In this document: positions 52,701 through 64,000 of the stretch, piece after piece
Position numbering within the stretch: position 1 is the first letter of the stretch
How the letters are laid out: each line of letters starts with the position of its first letter
Assembly (NCBI GenBank): GCA_030141605.1
Contig: JAQGDQ010000121.1
Span: 372,001 to 436,000, forward strand
Reading direction: 5' to 3'
From: Tubiluchus corallicola
Taxonomy: Eukaryota; Animalia; Priapulida
Length of the DNA: 64,000 nt
Made by a program: the position numbers and the translations under genes
The notes under the pieces: model-generated
The model's input: the letters and a program-made list of their open reading frames with translations, nothing else
Told to the model about the DNA's origin: nothing
The model's database searches: none

Positions 52701-53426
52701 TTTGTGCTATACCAATCTTTGGCGGGCCGGGTATGGCCCGCGGGCCATAGTTTGTCCACCCCTGCCCTAGGACTTCAAAAATAAATGTGTAAACACTTCT
52801 GTTTCTGCCACAGACAATATCAAAAGCTGAAATAAACAGAAGTAGTACCAGTGAAATACTAAAGAAGATATGTAGATATAGCCAGGGGTACACTAAAGCA
52901 GCAGCATTTGGCACCAGAGAAAACTTGCCTGGTTGCTGACTGCTTTCAGCACTATCGCTATGCTTAAGTGATGCATGGTATAACCCCATTTAAGCATATG
53001 TAGAAAGAGGGATAATTTTGACTACTTTAGCCTAGTTCATTATAGTAACTAATCCACTCTTTCAAAGCGGGCATATTGCCCGTTTCTTCGATTACTATGT
53101 GGCTTGGTTATGAATACTAGCTGTAAATAAAAGCATAATACTGTGCTGTTCTTGAACACATGTAATGACCGAATCTAAACTTGGTATTATGTGGGTATTT
53201 GTTTGCACTGGAATTTGTTGTTCATTTGCATTCTACATATTCTTTCCTTACCTATGTTTCAAACTTGTTGATTGCATGACATACTTGTTGATTATGTTGA
53301 CCAATTATTGATTAATTGTTTTTCAGAGTTATTGGGAGTTTGTCAAATTCTGAAGGATTTGCCAAAGCCTATAATTGTTCTTTGGGAAGTCGTATGAATC
53401 CTGTGAAGAAGTGCTCTGTCTGGTAG
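34750..53426 (+). CDS. Neprilysin-family (peptidase M13) zinc metalloendopeptidase, Nep4-like, 20 coding exons, about 1029 aa
   Basis: Exons 34750-34790, 35159-35322, 36032-36925, 39964-40125, 40630-40713, 41286-41488, 41602-41778, 42010-42096, 42713-42837, 43601-43694, 44188-44316, 44853-44951, 45191-45268, 45551-45654, 47067-47125, 47270-47389, 47577-47707, 48004-48165, 48311-48387 and 53327-53426 (3090 nt, in phase). Type II TM anchor, [45 protein letters not shown]-terminal [21 protein letters not shown] resembles arthropod Nep4. Confidence 0.93.
39112..39949 (+). mobile_element. Internally deleted pogo-family DNA transposon
   Basis: TA|CCGTATATACTCGCATATAAGCC ... GGCTTATATGCGAGTATATACGG|TA is a perfect 23-bp TIR. 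The internal [39 protein letters not shown]...IGNMDET is the end of a CENP-B-type HTH plus the first catalytic D of a pogo/POGK-like transposase. Confidence 0.9.
39283..39550. mobile_element. hAT-type MITE nested inside the pogo derivative
   Basis: TIR CAGTGGTGTATTG / CAATACACCACTG with a perfect 8-bp TSD TGTGTCAC (39275-39282 and 39551-39558). Confidence 0.88.
45904..46650. mobile_element. Tigger/pogo-type MITE in a neprilysin intron
   Basis: TA|CAGTCTAACCTGTTATTATAATG ... ATTATAATGAGTTTTCACCG|TA, with subterminal CCTCGCTATAATGC / CCCCGCTATAACGC repeats at both ends. Confidence 0.6.
48619..50383 (-). pseudogene. hAT (Buster/SPIN-like) transposase pseudogene
   Basis: Starts (ATA)[29 protein letters not shown]...KH (zinc-finger-like N-terminus); [36 protein letters not shown] and a hAT dimerisation tail. 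Lost ATG, in-frame stops and frameshifts; ORFs 49051-49962 and 48619-48822 are pieces of it. Confidence 0.88.
50515..52621 (+). mobile_element. 5'-truncated non-LTR retrotransposon (probably RTEX-like) with an uninterrupted RT and C-terminal Cys/His domain
   Basis: Open frame to 52484 with [53 protein letters not shown] and C-terminal [21 protein letters not shown]; 3' tail AATAAATAAATAATAATAA; TSD TAGTGC at 50509-50514 and 52622-52627. No endonuclease or ORF1. The first 8 codons of ORF 50490 come from the host hAT. Confidence 0.9.
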
Positions 53427-55225
53427 CAAGGTGACTCTTCTTTTTAACTGAGCCCACTTCACATTACACCCATGATTGGCAGCATACTTATTCGAATGTT
53501 GGTGTTTTGGTGCACGCAAGACAGAGATTATATCTTTTTTATCAAAAAGGCGATCATAAACATAGGTTGCCTGTTGCAACTTGACTTATTGTCTTCAAAG
53601 ATTTTTCTATTTTGCCATTGTAAAGAGATTGATATTTTGTTTATGTTAGACATTTATATTATGAGCCATCCTGAACAAAGTAATGATAAATGGTGCTAAT
53701 TGGTGCTAATGTGTGATGTTGTTAAACTATAACGTTTTTTTCAAATTGCTTGTAGATACTGAACTGCCTTTACTACTTATAAAGCAAGATTTTATGGATT
53801 AAACTCAGTGATTGTCATTGAGCTTCAAAAAAAACAGGGAAATCAGGTTTGTTGTGAAGGACAGACTTGGTCACACTCACTATTTCCTTGATACAGTAAC
53901 TGAATTGATCCAACAATGATTAGCAATTTGACATATTGCAAATTAATATGTAAAATTGCTAATTTGGACTAGGACAGAGAGTGTGTGCTATTCTGTCACA
54001 TCTCGAAATTAAATTCCAAATTTCAGGGACAACTTGTTTGTTTGAAGTGTAAAGTGATGTTTCATTTATCTTCTTTGTGTAGTTTAATTTTTTTATTTGT
54101 TTTGTTTTTGGTTTCAAAATATATCTATCAAATCCAGTTCTTTGTAGTTGTTAAATTGTTATTTAGAATTATAACATATTCCAATGTTATAATTATTGGT
54201 TTTGTGGCTAATCACTTAAATCAATGCTGTGGTTCTTGTTGTTATTTTTAAGTTCATATTTTTTTGCTTACATGTGATTGTGACTAAGTAATATTTCATA
54301 TTGCATTGTTAAACTGTTATATTTAGAGAAAATTGTGTACAAGTAATGTCGAGAGTGAAACAAAGTTGAGAAATTTTTCTTTTGTTACTAGAGGGCAGCA
54401 CATGTTTGATGACACTAAAATGGAAATGAAAACGTATTGGTTGTGCTAGGCTGTTCTCAGTTTCTTACCTTTTATCATTGACCACCAAATGTTGTACATC
54501 ATACATGTATTAGAGTGTCCCTGTATTATACTAATTGAAAAATTCATGGATGTGATCTTTAATCACTTTATTTAAAATCTTTATTATTATCAGTGTGTAA
54601 ATTTTACAATTTCATTAATGATGAGCATAATTATGATACTACATATTTATCGTTTGGCATATTTATGAATTTAGTGTTTTACTGTGCGTTATAGAGAATA
54701 GAGATGCAAAGTAGTGTAGCTGCAATGTATTATCAGAACATATTTCTGCAGTAAAACTTCTTAGAGCTCATTGTACTATTATAATTACCTGTTACAAAAC
54801 TGAAAAACAATAATTAAGTGCAATGAAAATGAACTATTGATTTTTCTGTTTGTTTGAAATGATAACTAAATTCTACTGGATTATTGTTAATTGACCAATT
54901 ATCATTGAGAAGCTTTAAAAGTGGCCTTAACCCAATAGGTGAGTGCGATTTGAGCATCAAACTACTAGAGCAAGTTACGTTTTTCATGGGTCAGTAATAA
55001 TCTCAAGTTTAGCTTAAATTAAATTATATATGACAACGTTTTTTTCAGCTTTATAATCAAAACAATAACTACAATTGAAATAAGTAATTCATGGCACCAA
55101 TAGTTTAGTGCAAAAAGGGAAGATGGTAACTTTTTTGATTACTTTAAATCATGACCTTGGTTTTTGCTTTCTTATATTATATACATACATTATGGTAATT
55201 ACATTTTTTATTTAATTTTATTTAT

Positions 55226-55409
55226 ACATCCTTTTGTTGTAGAGAGTAAAGTCATTGGCGCTGCTGTGTGTGTGTGTTTTATGAATAATTAATTTCTTGT
55301 TAATTGATTTTTAATTAACATTGTGTTTATTACATTTTTCAGAAAATTTAACATAATATTTAATTTTACATTCTTTTGTTGTAGTGAGTGAAGTCAGTGG
55401 CGCTACTGT
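55226..55409. repeat. Imperfect local duplication (about 140-bp spacing)
   Basis: TACAT(C/T)CTTTTGTTGTAG(A/T)GAGT(A/G)AAGTCA(T/G)TGGCGCT(G/A)CTGT occurs at about 55226 and 55367. Confidence 0.7.
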
Positions 55410-56157
55410 TTCATAATACTGGTATATAGTGTTATATATAAAATATCATACTTCACAATACTATCTTCTTTACAGTAGGCATAATATTATAGCAATGTTG
55501 AATACTTAGGCTTTGATCTTAAATCAATTCTCTTTTCTAGATAAAGCTGTTATTACTTTGAAGTTGGGTGGCAATATCACTGTCAAAGAGTGTTACCTGC
55601 ATTTCATAACTATAACGCATACATCAAAGAAGCCGATGTTGTACCTTATGTGGGTGTCGTGCGCTTTAATTTTTGATGCCACGTTGCTGTAGTAGTCATA
55701 AACCTCTCCGCTATAACTGCTAAATAATTTGCTGTCGATATAACATTAGAAGCAGAGATCAAAGCAAGCCGCCACGGCTTCCTTGCTCCAGTATGAAATT
55801 ATGCAATCTAGGATGAAAGGCGCCGCTCACACTCCGCTTTTGCATTGAGAGGAAGTTGGGGAACTCAGTAGCGCGTGGCGATATTTGATTAACGGCCTTG
55901 TTTTATACACATCGCAGAAAGTATTTAAATTAGCAAGGTTCCGACTGATATTCGAGTCTTTGACGTCCGTGACATCTAGTCTAAAATATAGTCTAATGTT
56001 ATAATGTCATAAGAAACATAATCTGCTTAATTACCTACATGTATCTAAGAATATATGTACATATTTCTAAGCTGTTCTGGCATATTGACTAATTAATTAT
56101 TTTGAGTTAATAAATCCATTAATTGAAGTTATGTAGATGTAAGTATAGTGAGTATAG

Positions 56158-57225
56158 ATGGCACAGGAAAAATGGCAGAAATGAAAAAGTAGGTAAAAAT
56201 GGTACAGGTAAAACGGCACAGGAAAAAATGACACAAGTGAAAAGTAGTCAAAAATGGCATACTTAGTAATATAATTATGTGCTTAGGTTTGGATAACAGT
56301 GGGGTATAATTATTTTAGTTATTTTTACCTGTGCCAAGGAAGTTATGCTTCAACACAGTTTGTTTGTCTGTTTATTTGATTGTTTTTTTGTCTGTTATGG
56401 CAAGTAAGTCTATTACGCAAAAACTGTCTAACAGATTTCCATGATAGTTTGTGAGGAAAGGTGGGTATAGAGTGCCAAAATGAGAATCCTTTCGCCTTTT
56501 CTTTTTTTCGCCAAACTTTACCGAACACCACGTAAAAAAACGTTCAATGGGGTCTCATAGGAGATCTTCTTTTTAGTATCTCCACCAAGACACACAGCTA
56601 CGTGTTAGTTCCAGTTCCATTTCGAGAAAATCTCGCTTGTCAAACTCTGTGACGCTGTGTATAACCTTTGTTTATTAATGTGTCTAGCCAATTAAGGTGA
56701 CTTGGTACGCATATATTTGTCTTTCTATTTACCACCGCTAAAATTAATGGCGAACACTATGTGGAACATTCATGCATTGCTGATTAAAAATCCCTTTAAT
56801 AAACAAATATTTTGTGAGTATTTTTGCTAGTCTATATAGTACCAATACATGTCCATATATATTTTTTGAATGTTAGCTTGTTTATCATTGTGTTAAAATT
56901 TTTGAATCAAAAGAATCTGACGGCTAAGATTAGGATTGTTCGGCTTTGGCAGAGATCTGCTTCCTACTGAGCGCATTCTAGTTTTGTTATAGAAATAAAT
57001 TGCATCAAAATAACTTTTTTATTATGTGCTATTTTTCCTACTTTTCCATTTGTGTCGTTTTTTCCTGTGCCATTTTACCTACTTTTCCATTTGTGCCATT
57101 TTTTCCTGTGCCATTTTTACCTATGTTATTTTTTCTATGCCATTTTACCAGCTTTTGCATGTGTGTCATCTTTCCTCTGCTATTTTTACGTTGCCATTTT
57201 TCCAGTGCCATTTTTACCGCGAACC
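56158..57225. mobile_element. Foldback/Mutator-like element with inverted arms made of about 15-bp modules
   Basis: The left arm repeats AAAAATGGCACAGG (56158-56262); the right arm repeats CCTGTGCCATTTTT (57025-57218) and ends CGCGAACC. Confidence 0.7.
56325..56983 (+). mobile_element. Non-autonomous Helitron/Helentron-like insertion inside the foldback element
   Basis: Starts TTACCTGTGCCAAGGAAGTTATG followed by a GTTTGTTTGTCTG run and ends CTTTGGCAGAGATCTGC...GAGCGCATTCTAG|TT (subterminal inverted repeat, short stem, CTAG). Confidence 0.55.
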
Positions 57226-58752
57226 AAATATGCTTATTAGAATTTTACAGTATCAGTATTGCAAGCTAGCTGGCTCTGACATGGACCCCTACTCTCATCT
57301 GCTTTTCGAATGGGCGTTTTGGAAAACTTGTGTTGAAAACAAGTAGCTCATAGAATACTGATGTTTTATTCCAGATGTGACAAAAGTGGTCAAGTGTCCG
57401 AGCCGGGAGGCAACGACAATGAAAGTCACCATATAAACTGGCTCTGGAAAACTGGGTGTGATTTCTCGAAAATTACCCGAAATCTTCCATCGGAAGCTCG
57501 TATGCAGACTGGGAGCATCACGGTCTATATCAACCAAACAATGATGATTCGGCGCATTGAAAAGCAATAATAGAATTTCTAAGCAGTATCCGAAACAATG
57601 AATAATTCATTATATTAGTAGAAGTATTAGTTATTAGTTCTTTCTATCGTTTCATGTTTCTTTATGTTAGGTTTTATTGCTTAATTCTTGAATAAAGACA
57701 CAAAAACTGGAATTCATCTCATTCTTGTATAATTAGAAAAGAACTCAGCAATTTTCCAATATGTACTGTATTAGTATTACTATATTGTATTACTGTATCA
57801 CTAGTAGATGGCGCTACTCTACGCGCGCGTGAGGCTCCGCCTTTGTGTTTCTCACGCGCGTTTAATTAATGCACAGCAACCAGTTATCAAATCTGCAATT
57901 TGCTTTCAAATTTTTATTTACAGTAACTAATAAGGAAGGAATATATGTCTGGAAGCTCAATTCTTCATCCAGCAAAATATTTGAAAAAATTAATCGTTAT
58001 TCACTTAGAAAAAGTAGAAAAAAATCATAAAATTTCTATGTAGTGTAATCACTCAATGCTGAATACAGTACAGTATGATGTCCACTTTTCATTTTAATTT
58101 AATATTTTCATTTATTTGTTTATTTATTCATTTTCTTACTCCTGTATTCGCTTTGTTCATATTTAATTATTTATTCATTCATTTTTATTAATTAAGCATC
58201 TGATGCTATTAATTTTCTTAACTAATAAAAGAAGATGATAACGAAAGCTTGTAGGCCTATATTCAATTATCATCGAATTTTAATTTAATGAGCAATTATT
58301 AAAATTATGTTAACTAATAATTTATTAATAGTAAATTAACGACTAAGTTTTTTTGTTTTTGTGTTTTGCTTTTTATTGTTTCATTTTAAAAAATTTAAAA
58401 GCATAAATACCGGAAGCAATTTTAAAATTAACGCAAGAGCAAATATATTTTAAAAAATAAGATGCGTAATCAGTTATATCAAATGGTACACGGCTCGGCC
58501 AACCTATAAGCAAACCGCAAAAAAGCAGTCTAATTTACGTAGTTATTTTTGCTTATGTAGGTCTAAAAGTCGATTGCAGCTTTGTGCACAGTAAATTAAT
58601 GAGTATTTCGAAACCGCGGCGCCAAAATGTTTAGAAAATTTTAACAAGCCGCTCGAAAATTATTACTTGATCCTTTTCAAAAGCCTTACCCTCGGGCGCT
58701 AATGCAAGTAGCCCTATTCAATGCAAATGGGTGGTTCCTGATTCGTGCGGTT

Positions 58753-58911
58753 AGATCAAAGGGAATGACGTCAGAGTGTACATTGCCTGTCGGCGGCGGG
58801 CATCTGGCTTTGATGTTCAAAACTTTAGTTGGTGTTTCGCCATTTTGGATGCCACGATGCTGTAGCGAGAGGTTCGCTTATGACAGAAAGCTTTTCTGGA
58901 GAATGGTAAGT
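58753..58911 (+). promoter_or_regulatory. Probable promoter and first exon of an unidentified downstream gene
   Basis: Local CpG-rich patch with AGATCAAAGGG (TCF), TGACGTCA (CRE), CGGCGGC, CTTTGATG and CGCCATTTT (YY1/Pho-like), followed by a consensus donor ATG|GTAAGT at 58905/58906. Confidence 0.5.
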
Positions 58912-60289
58912 TCATTTTCTGATAATTTTTTGCGCTCTGTTTGTACGAATTGCCAGCGTGGCACGTATAGTTTACGTATGGAGACTGTAGTACAGTCTTA
59001 ACTCGATCAAATTATATTGGAAGTGGCTGGTGCGGGGGTGTTTTTGGGCATATTATGTGAAATTAAAATTAACATTAGGTAAATTAATGGTGTACCTAAA
59101 TAATGATTGGCTCACTGGTAAGCCGAATAAATTTTTATCACTTACGATTACTTATTGGCGTCGTCATACCAGTTTTATTATTTGTTTCGATAAAAAATGA
59201 AAGATGGCGCCCCGTAGAAAATGAAGTTGAAATTTAAGCATGTGCCGGATTTTGTAAAGCAGACGCAAGTCCGTTGTCACTGACTTGTTTTCAGTGTTTT
59301 ATTAAAAGTTATTCCTTGTAAATTTAACTGGTATAATGGTCGTTCGTGTGAAAAGGGTACATGCTCATGATATTGTACTATCTAGCTTCAACACTTTATC
59401 TTAAACCCAGTGATTAACAGCCCTTGCTTATGTGGGTTAGGGTTGTCTGTGTTACAATTCTTATTCTGTAAAACAGATTTAAATATGTGTCATAAGGTAA
59501 GTTAAATAACTCGTAAAATAGATTTTTAATTTAAGCAATAAAAAAACTTTAATAAATTCTGTTATTTGTTTAACAGAATTCATACTGGTGTGTCTTATTA
59601 TGTGATTTACGTAAAACATCATTCAGAATCTTATAAAAATGATATTCACTGTAAAATTTATTGCACTCCGTGCACATGAAAGGACATAAAAGAGTATAAA
59701 ATACATTAAAAAACTGAGAATATATTTAGTAAACATCTATAGGCCTAAGCAGTGAAGTTGTAAAACGTGGTCTAGCTGCCGCCGTAATTATAAAAATTAA
59801 ACGATGTTCAAATAAGGCCGAATACAAATGCCCTTCTCTGACTCTATTTAGAAATAGATTAATAACATGTCATACTAAATCACACACAACACATCAAGTC
59901 ACTTATATAATAATTCAATAATATGAATAACAAGGTCAAATTCTCTTGTAAATGATGCAACATTACAAACCGACATTAGTAATGTGAACTTCATTTAACT
60001 ATTTAAATTTGAGCTACATGCATTACTCTAGTGCAATTCATAGTTAATTTTTATTATTAGGTATCAATTTTTGCTTAGTTTTACGTCCAATACAATCATT
60101 CTAAGATTGGATTAAAAAACCTGTACTCTAATAGATTTTTGTATGTGTATAAGTTTATATAGCTTAAAGGTAATTCGTAGTTAGTTAATATTTAGTACTG
60201 GTGTTATAGTATACATAGTAATAGTTTTGTAGGTACCTGTATGTATAGCACTGTTTCCGATTTTTTCTGCATTGCATATGAACAGTACG

Positions 60290-61230
60290 AATATGGGAAA
60301 GTTTGGTACTGTGATCTTTAATTTAGACACAAGGGATTTTTGGCACTAGGACGATCTGTTACAGGGAAAGCATAGTGAAAGGAAAATATGGTACCAGAGA
60401 TGTTCCGTACTAAGAAAGTGTGGTACAAGGAAGTTTGGGTACTAAGAAGAATTGGCCCACTAAGAAAGTTTGGTACTGGAAAATATGGTACTAAAGAAAA
60501 TAAGAGAGCATTTCAATATTTCATTACGAATAATTGCAATAACAACAGCAATGATGACGAAGATGATTAACGACATTGATGATGGTGATGGTAATAAAAG
60601 AAGCATGCAAGAAACAATGTAACAGCAACAACAACGACAACAATAACAATAATAGAAGCTGCAACAAAACAACAACAGTAACTGGAACAGCAATAACAAT
60701 AAAACAACAAGTGTAACAATGATGACGCTTTTTTTAAATGAGGACAACAAAAACATCAAGCAAGAAGCAAACATACAGGAACTACAGCAAAAACGACAAT
60801 GACATCGACAATAACAGCAACAAAATGACAAAAGTAACAGTGATTACAGCAGTGATGATGATGACGGGGACGATGATCACAACAAAGTGCGGGCAAGAAA
60901 CAGACAACAAACAGCAACGACAATCACATTGAGTGAAATAACAAACCACAGACAGACAGACAAGCGAACGAAAAAAAACGAAAAACAATGCAACAACAAT
61001 GCGAACCTCTATGATTTTTTTTAGTATGTTTTAAAAAAGACGTTTTCGTAGTGCCATACTTTCCTAGCACCATATCTGTTTCTTTACCATTTTTACTTTG
61101 TACCAGATTTACTTGTACCAAAAGTGCTTGACAAAACTTCGTCAGTACTGCATTTAGTAGTACCACGATTTCCCTGCACCAAAAATTCCTAGTACCATAT
61201 TTTCCGGGTACCAAACTTGCTGTGCAACGC
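60290..61230. mobile_element. Foldback-like element: inverted arms of about 15-bp TGGTAC modules around an (AAC/GAT)-rich core
   Basis: The left arm 60296-60500 repeats GGAAA(G/A)TNTGGTACT; the right arm 61045-61220 repeats GTACCA(N)A(C/T)TT(T)CC; the centre 60535-61000 is low complexity. Confidence 0.65.
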
Positions 61231-63326
61231 ACAGGTTGTAATGAAACTTAAAAGCAATAAAAGTTTTCATGTTTAAATTAAAGTTTAGTGCATGTATACC
61301 CTTCCAAGGTCTGGTCAATCGTATTTCCGAAAGTATTTATAATAATAATTTTTTTTAATTTTATAAATAATTATAAAAAGTGTTTTCAATGCTCATCGGC
61401 TTATAGACATTATTAAAGTTATTATTCTTAATTTATAATCATTTGTAATTTGGTTTGTCACTGAGAACTATAAGCAAAAATTAAAGGCAACATTTCGTTT
61501 TGTCTGATTTAAATTGTGACTAAAATCAATGATAATCAATAATATGTAAAATAAGTAAAGTGAAAATATCATGGTGTAAGTTTTTTTACTTCATCCTTTG
61601 TTTTCTTATTTTCTTGAGCTTTGTTTGGGCAAATTAATGTAACAACTTTAATTCAAGTAAAAAAATAGCAAAACAAACAAATGTTCATTTACATGTCTAA
61701 AATTGTTACTTTTTCACCAATTTATCTGTTAATGCTAACACTTTAAGAGGTAAGAAATGGTGTAAGAAAACTTACATACGATCTAAAGTTTGCAGATTTT
61801 TTAAACATTAAGTAGATATTTCTCAGAATTCGTTTAGGAAAACTTTTATTAAAATTGCGTTAATCACAGGTTTTACCTATTTTTTGGCGATTTGCTGTGA
61901 GAGAGTCAGAGCAACAAATTATTCGGGAAAATTTATCCTTCACCAATTTTAGCCCTCATTGCGCACCTCATCCCTTATTTCTGTCGTGGTGTAATCGCCC
62001 ACTCCACAGCTGTAGCACAGCGCTTTATAGCACGTTCAACGAGCCAGCCTTGGTACCATAAAGGCAGTCCTGTCTCTCCACAACGCCTTTGATCTCGCCG
62101 CCATGCTGAGAGATGTGTGTACAAGCGTAGGCTGTAGATAATCTTGCTTGAACGCTTGGTGGTAGTGGTGGTGGAAACATACAGCATGCAGGCCATAGCG
62201 TAGCCATTGATTTGTAATTATTTGCCCGAGATTTATTGCACTTTTCTCATGTTCGATTCTATTTCGTTTTATAACGCGCCATATCATTAATCAGCCATCA
62301 TTCTGATTTCGTGATAGTTTTTCTAACTCGCTGTTAAGAAAACATTTTCGGCAACGATGTAATCAATTCAAAGCAAGATGCAAGATACTGACGTTTTTAC
62401 GCGGCTTGATAAAAAGAATAAAGTCGGCTAGGTTTTTGCTGATTGCCTGTTTTAAACTTCTATCTTTTTGAAAAGCAGATACTATGCAACTAAAATTTTA
62501 GTCGTATTTTGTCAAAGTTGTATTTTTGCCCTTTGCTGATGATGTGGTGTCTAGACAGTGAAAAAGTAATAGTGTAGTGTATCACTTATTGTCTAGGAAG
62601 ACGACAAAGCTATAGGCTAAATGCAATCATGACTGAAACTTGTGTCGCAGTCTCATTTAAATAACACAGACTGTACTGGTATTTTATTCAAGTTGAATGC
62701 TATTTAAGTCTTTTTTAAACTAAGACTAATAGTTTCTGCAGAATACGAAAAATTTAAATTATGCTAACATGCGCAATTCGAATCGGCAACTCAGCTGTTA
62801 TAGAGACAACTTGAGAGTTCATGATAGGCATGGCAGCATTACTAGTGTATCAAAGAATTCACGAAAAATGCATTTTTGTTTGATTCATCGAAATACATTA
62901 GCATTCATTTTTCATTTGCATATATTTAGGCTCTTTTTTGTCTTCTGATTCGTGTATTAGTTTCCACCATAATTTACAAGTCTTTTCTAGCTTTTGGTCT
63001 CAAATAAACTTGAAAGTAAGTTTTGATATTTGAAAGCTGTAATTACTAATTGTAACTAAACGATTAGGAAGCAGCAGCGTCAGCCAGTAGATCGATAAAC
63101 TGGAAGCTCACGGGTTTGCACTAGAATATCTGACGAAAAGGAAAAGTTTTTTATCATGGGTTACTGATATTAGTGGTATATATGTACATGTATGTGACTT
63201 GTAAGAAAATGAATAGAACAACATTACATCTTTTTGTTAGACCATTACTCGTTTGCCAAAAAGTTTTACCAGGCACTATAATTGGTTTAGTGCAAAAAAT
63301 AGACAAGGCTAGGATCGTATAGATCT

Positions 63327-63424
63327 AGGCGCTTATGTTTAACATGATAAGCTAGGGTTGCGTTTGAGCACATGAAGGCGCCTATGTTTAACATGATAAG
63401 CGAGGATTGCATTTGAGCACATGA
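63327..63424. repeat. 49-bp tandem duplication
   Basis: AGGCGC(T/C)TATGTTTAACATGATAAGC(T/G)AGG(G/A)TTGC(G/A)TTTGAGCACATGA, two copies. Confidence 0.9.
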
Positions 63425-64000
63425 AAGCCCTGCCCTTTCTCCTTTTCTTTCTTTTTTGCACACAGCAAATAGAATGATTTACTACTAGTTAGGTTTTGGT
63501 ATGTGAATTACCGGGGGTAAGTGGAAGGCCTGAAAAGCTCTGATTGGATCTAGTGCATTAACGCTTCACGATATGACTTAAATTGTAATGTAGCAATACG
63601 CTCCCATTTTTTATATTGTTGTCAAAAGTCGCCAGCACTTGATAATTTCACATCCTCTGGGGTAAATTCCAATTTTAGCAACTACACTCAAGCTAAATTT
63701 CGCGGGCATACTCATCACACACAGTACCTGCAAATAACTGCCAACTCAGACTGTGCTGTTTCATTAAAAAGTTTTCAATTGCCCCCTCCCAATGTACATT
63801 AGGTATTTAACTATAACGTATTTGGTTATCAAAGTAAATTTCTGTATTCAGTGGCAGCACAAATTAGACTTTACTAATTTAACTAACCTGAGTTGATGAA
63901 AAATCTTGCCCCCTCCCGCAATTTCAGCAGTACGCGTTCGACCTGCAGTTTTTACAACCTGGCAATATACAAGTTGTGGCTGAATTACTCACTTTATAGC

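Larger units (their letters stand above)
48481..52764 (-). mobile_element. Full-length but dead hAT transposon (Buster/SPIN/GTF2IRD2-like) in the last neprilysin intron, interrupted by a LINE
   Basis: TIR CAGGGGTGGGCAAACT / AGTTTGTCCACCCCTG; flanks ATCTAGGA and CCCTAGGA (imperfect 8-bp nnnTAnnn TSD, Buster type); subterminal GGCCCGCGGGCC. Confidence 0.9.

Noticed and set aside
57000-57346. Phe/Cys-rich membrane-like ORFs
   Set aside because: They are translations of the foldback arm repeats.
60388-61232. Cys/Leu- and Asn/Thr-rich ORFs
   Set aside because: They derive from the low-complexity AAC/GAT core and the repeat arms.

Overview
AT-rich, intron-containing animal (invertebrate) genomic DNA; the neprilysin looks arthropod-like, but that taxon call is inference. 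Most entries in the ORF track are spurious, so genes were rebuilt by hand from splice sites and reading-frame phase. Gene order: (1) the 5' coding end of a secreted or membrane LRR protein (-, runs off the left edge); (2) CENP-M (+, 6 exons, 167 aa); (3) a complete eukaryote-type urease accessory GTPase UreG (-, 7 coding exons, about 258 aa, His-rich N-terminus, one GC-AG intron); (4) iduronate-2-sulfatase (+, 8 exons, 550 aa); (5) a Nep4-like M13 neprilysin (+, 20 coding exons, about 1029 aa); (6) a probable promoter and first exon of an unidentified gene near 58.7-58.9 kb, surrounded by TCF/LEF plus Helper-site pairs. Introns and spacers hold many mobile elements: a Buster/SPIN-type hAT fossil interrupted by a 5'-truncated LINE whose RT has LMDD instead of YADD, a pogo derivative with a nested hAT MITE next to a splice acceptor, Kolobok-, Tigger- and mariner-type MITEs, Helitron-like pieces, foldback elements built from about 15-bp modules, a decayed hammerhead remnant and a 5S-derived remnant. 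I found no clear wholly new system. The best leads are the intron-bearing animal ureG, the repeated Wnt/TCF-Helper grammar, the LMDD LINE nested in the hAT, and the palindromic MITE in the ureG/IDS divergent promoter. Family assignments come from recalled motifs, not database searches.
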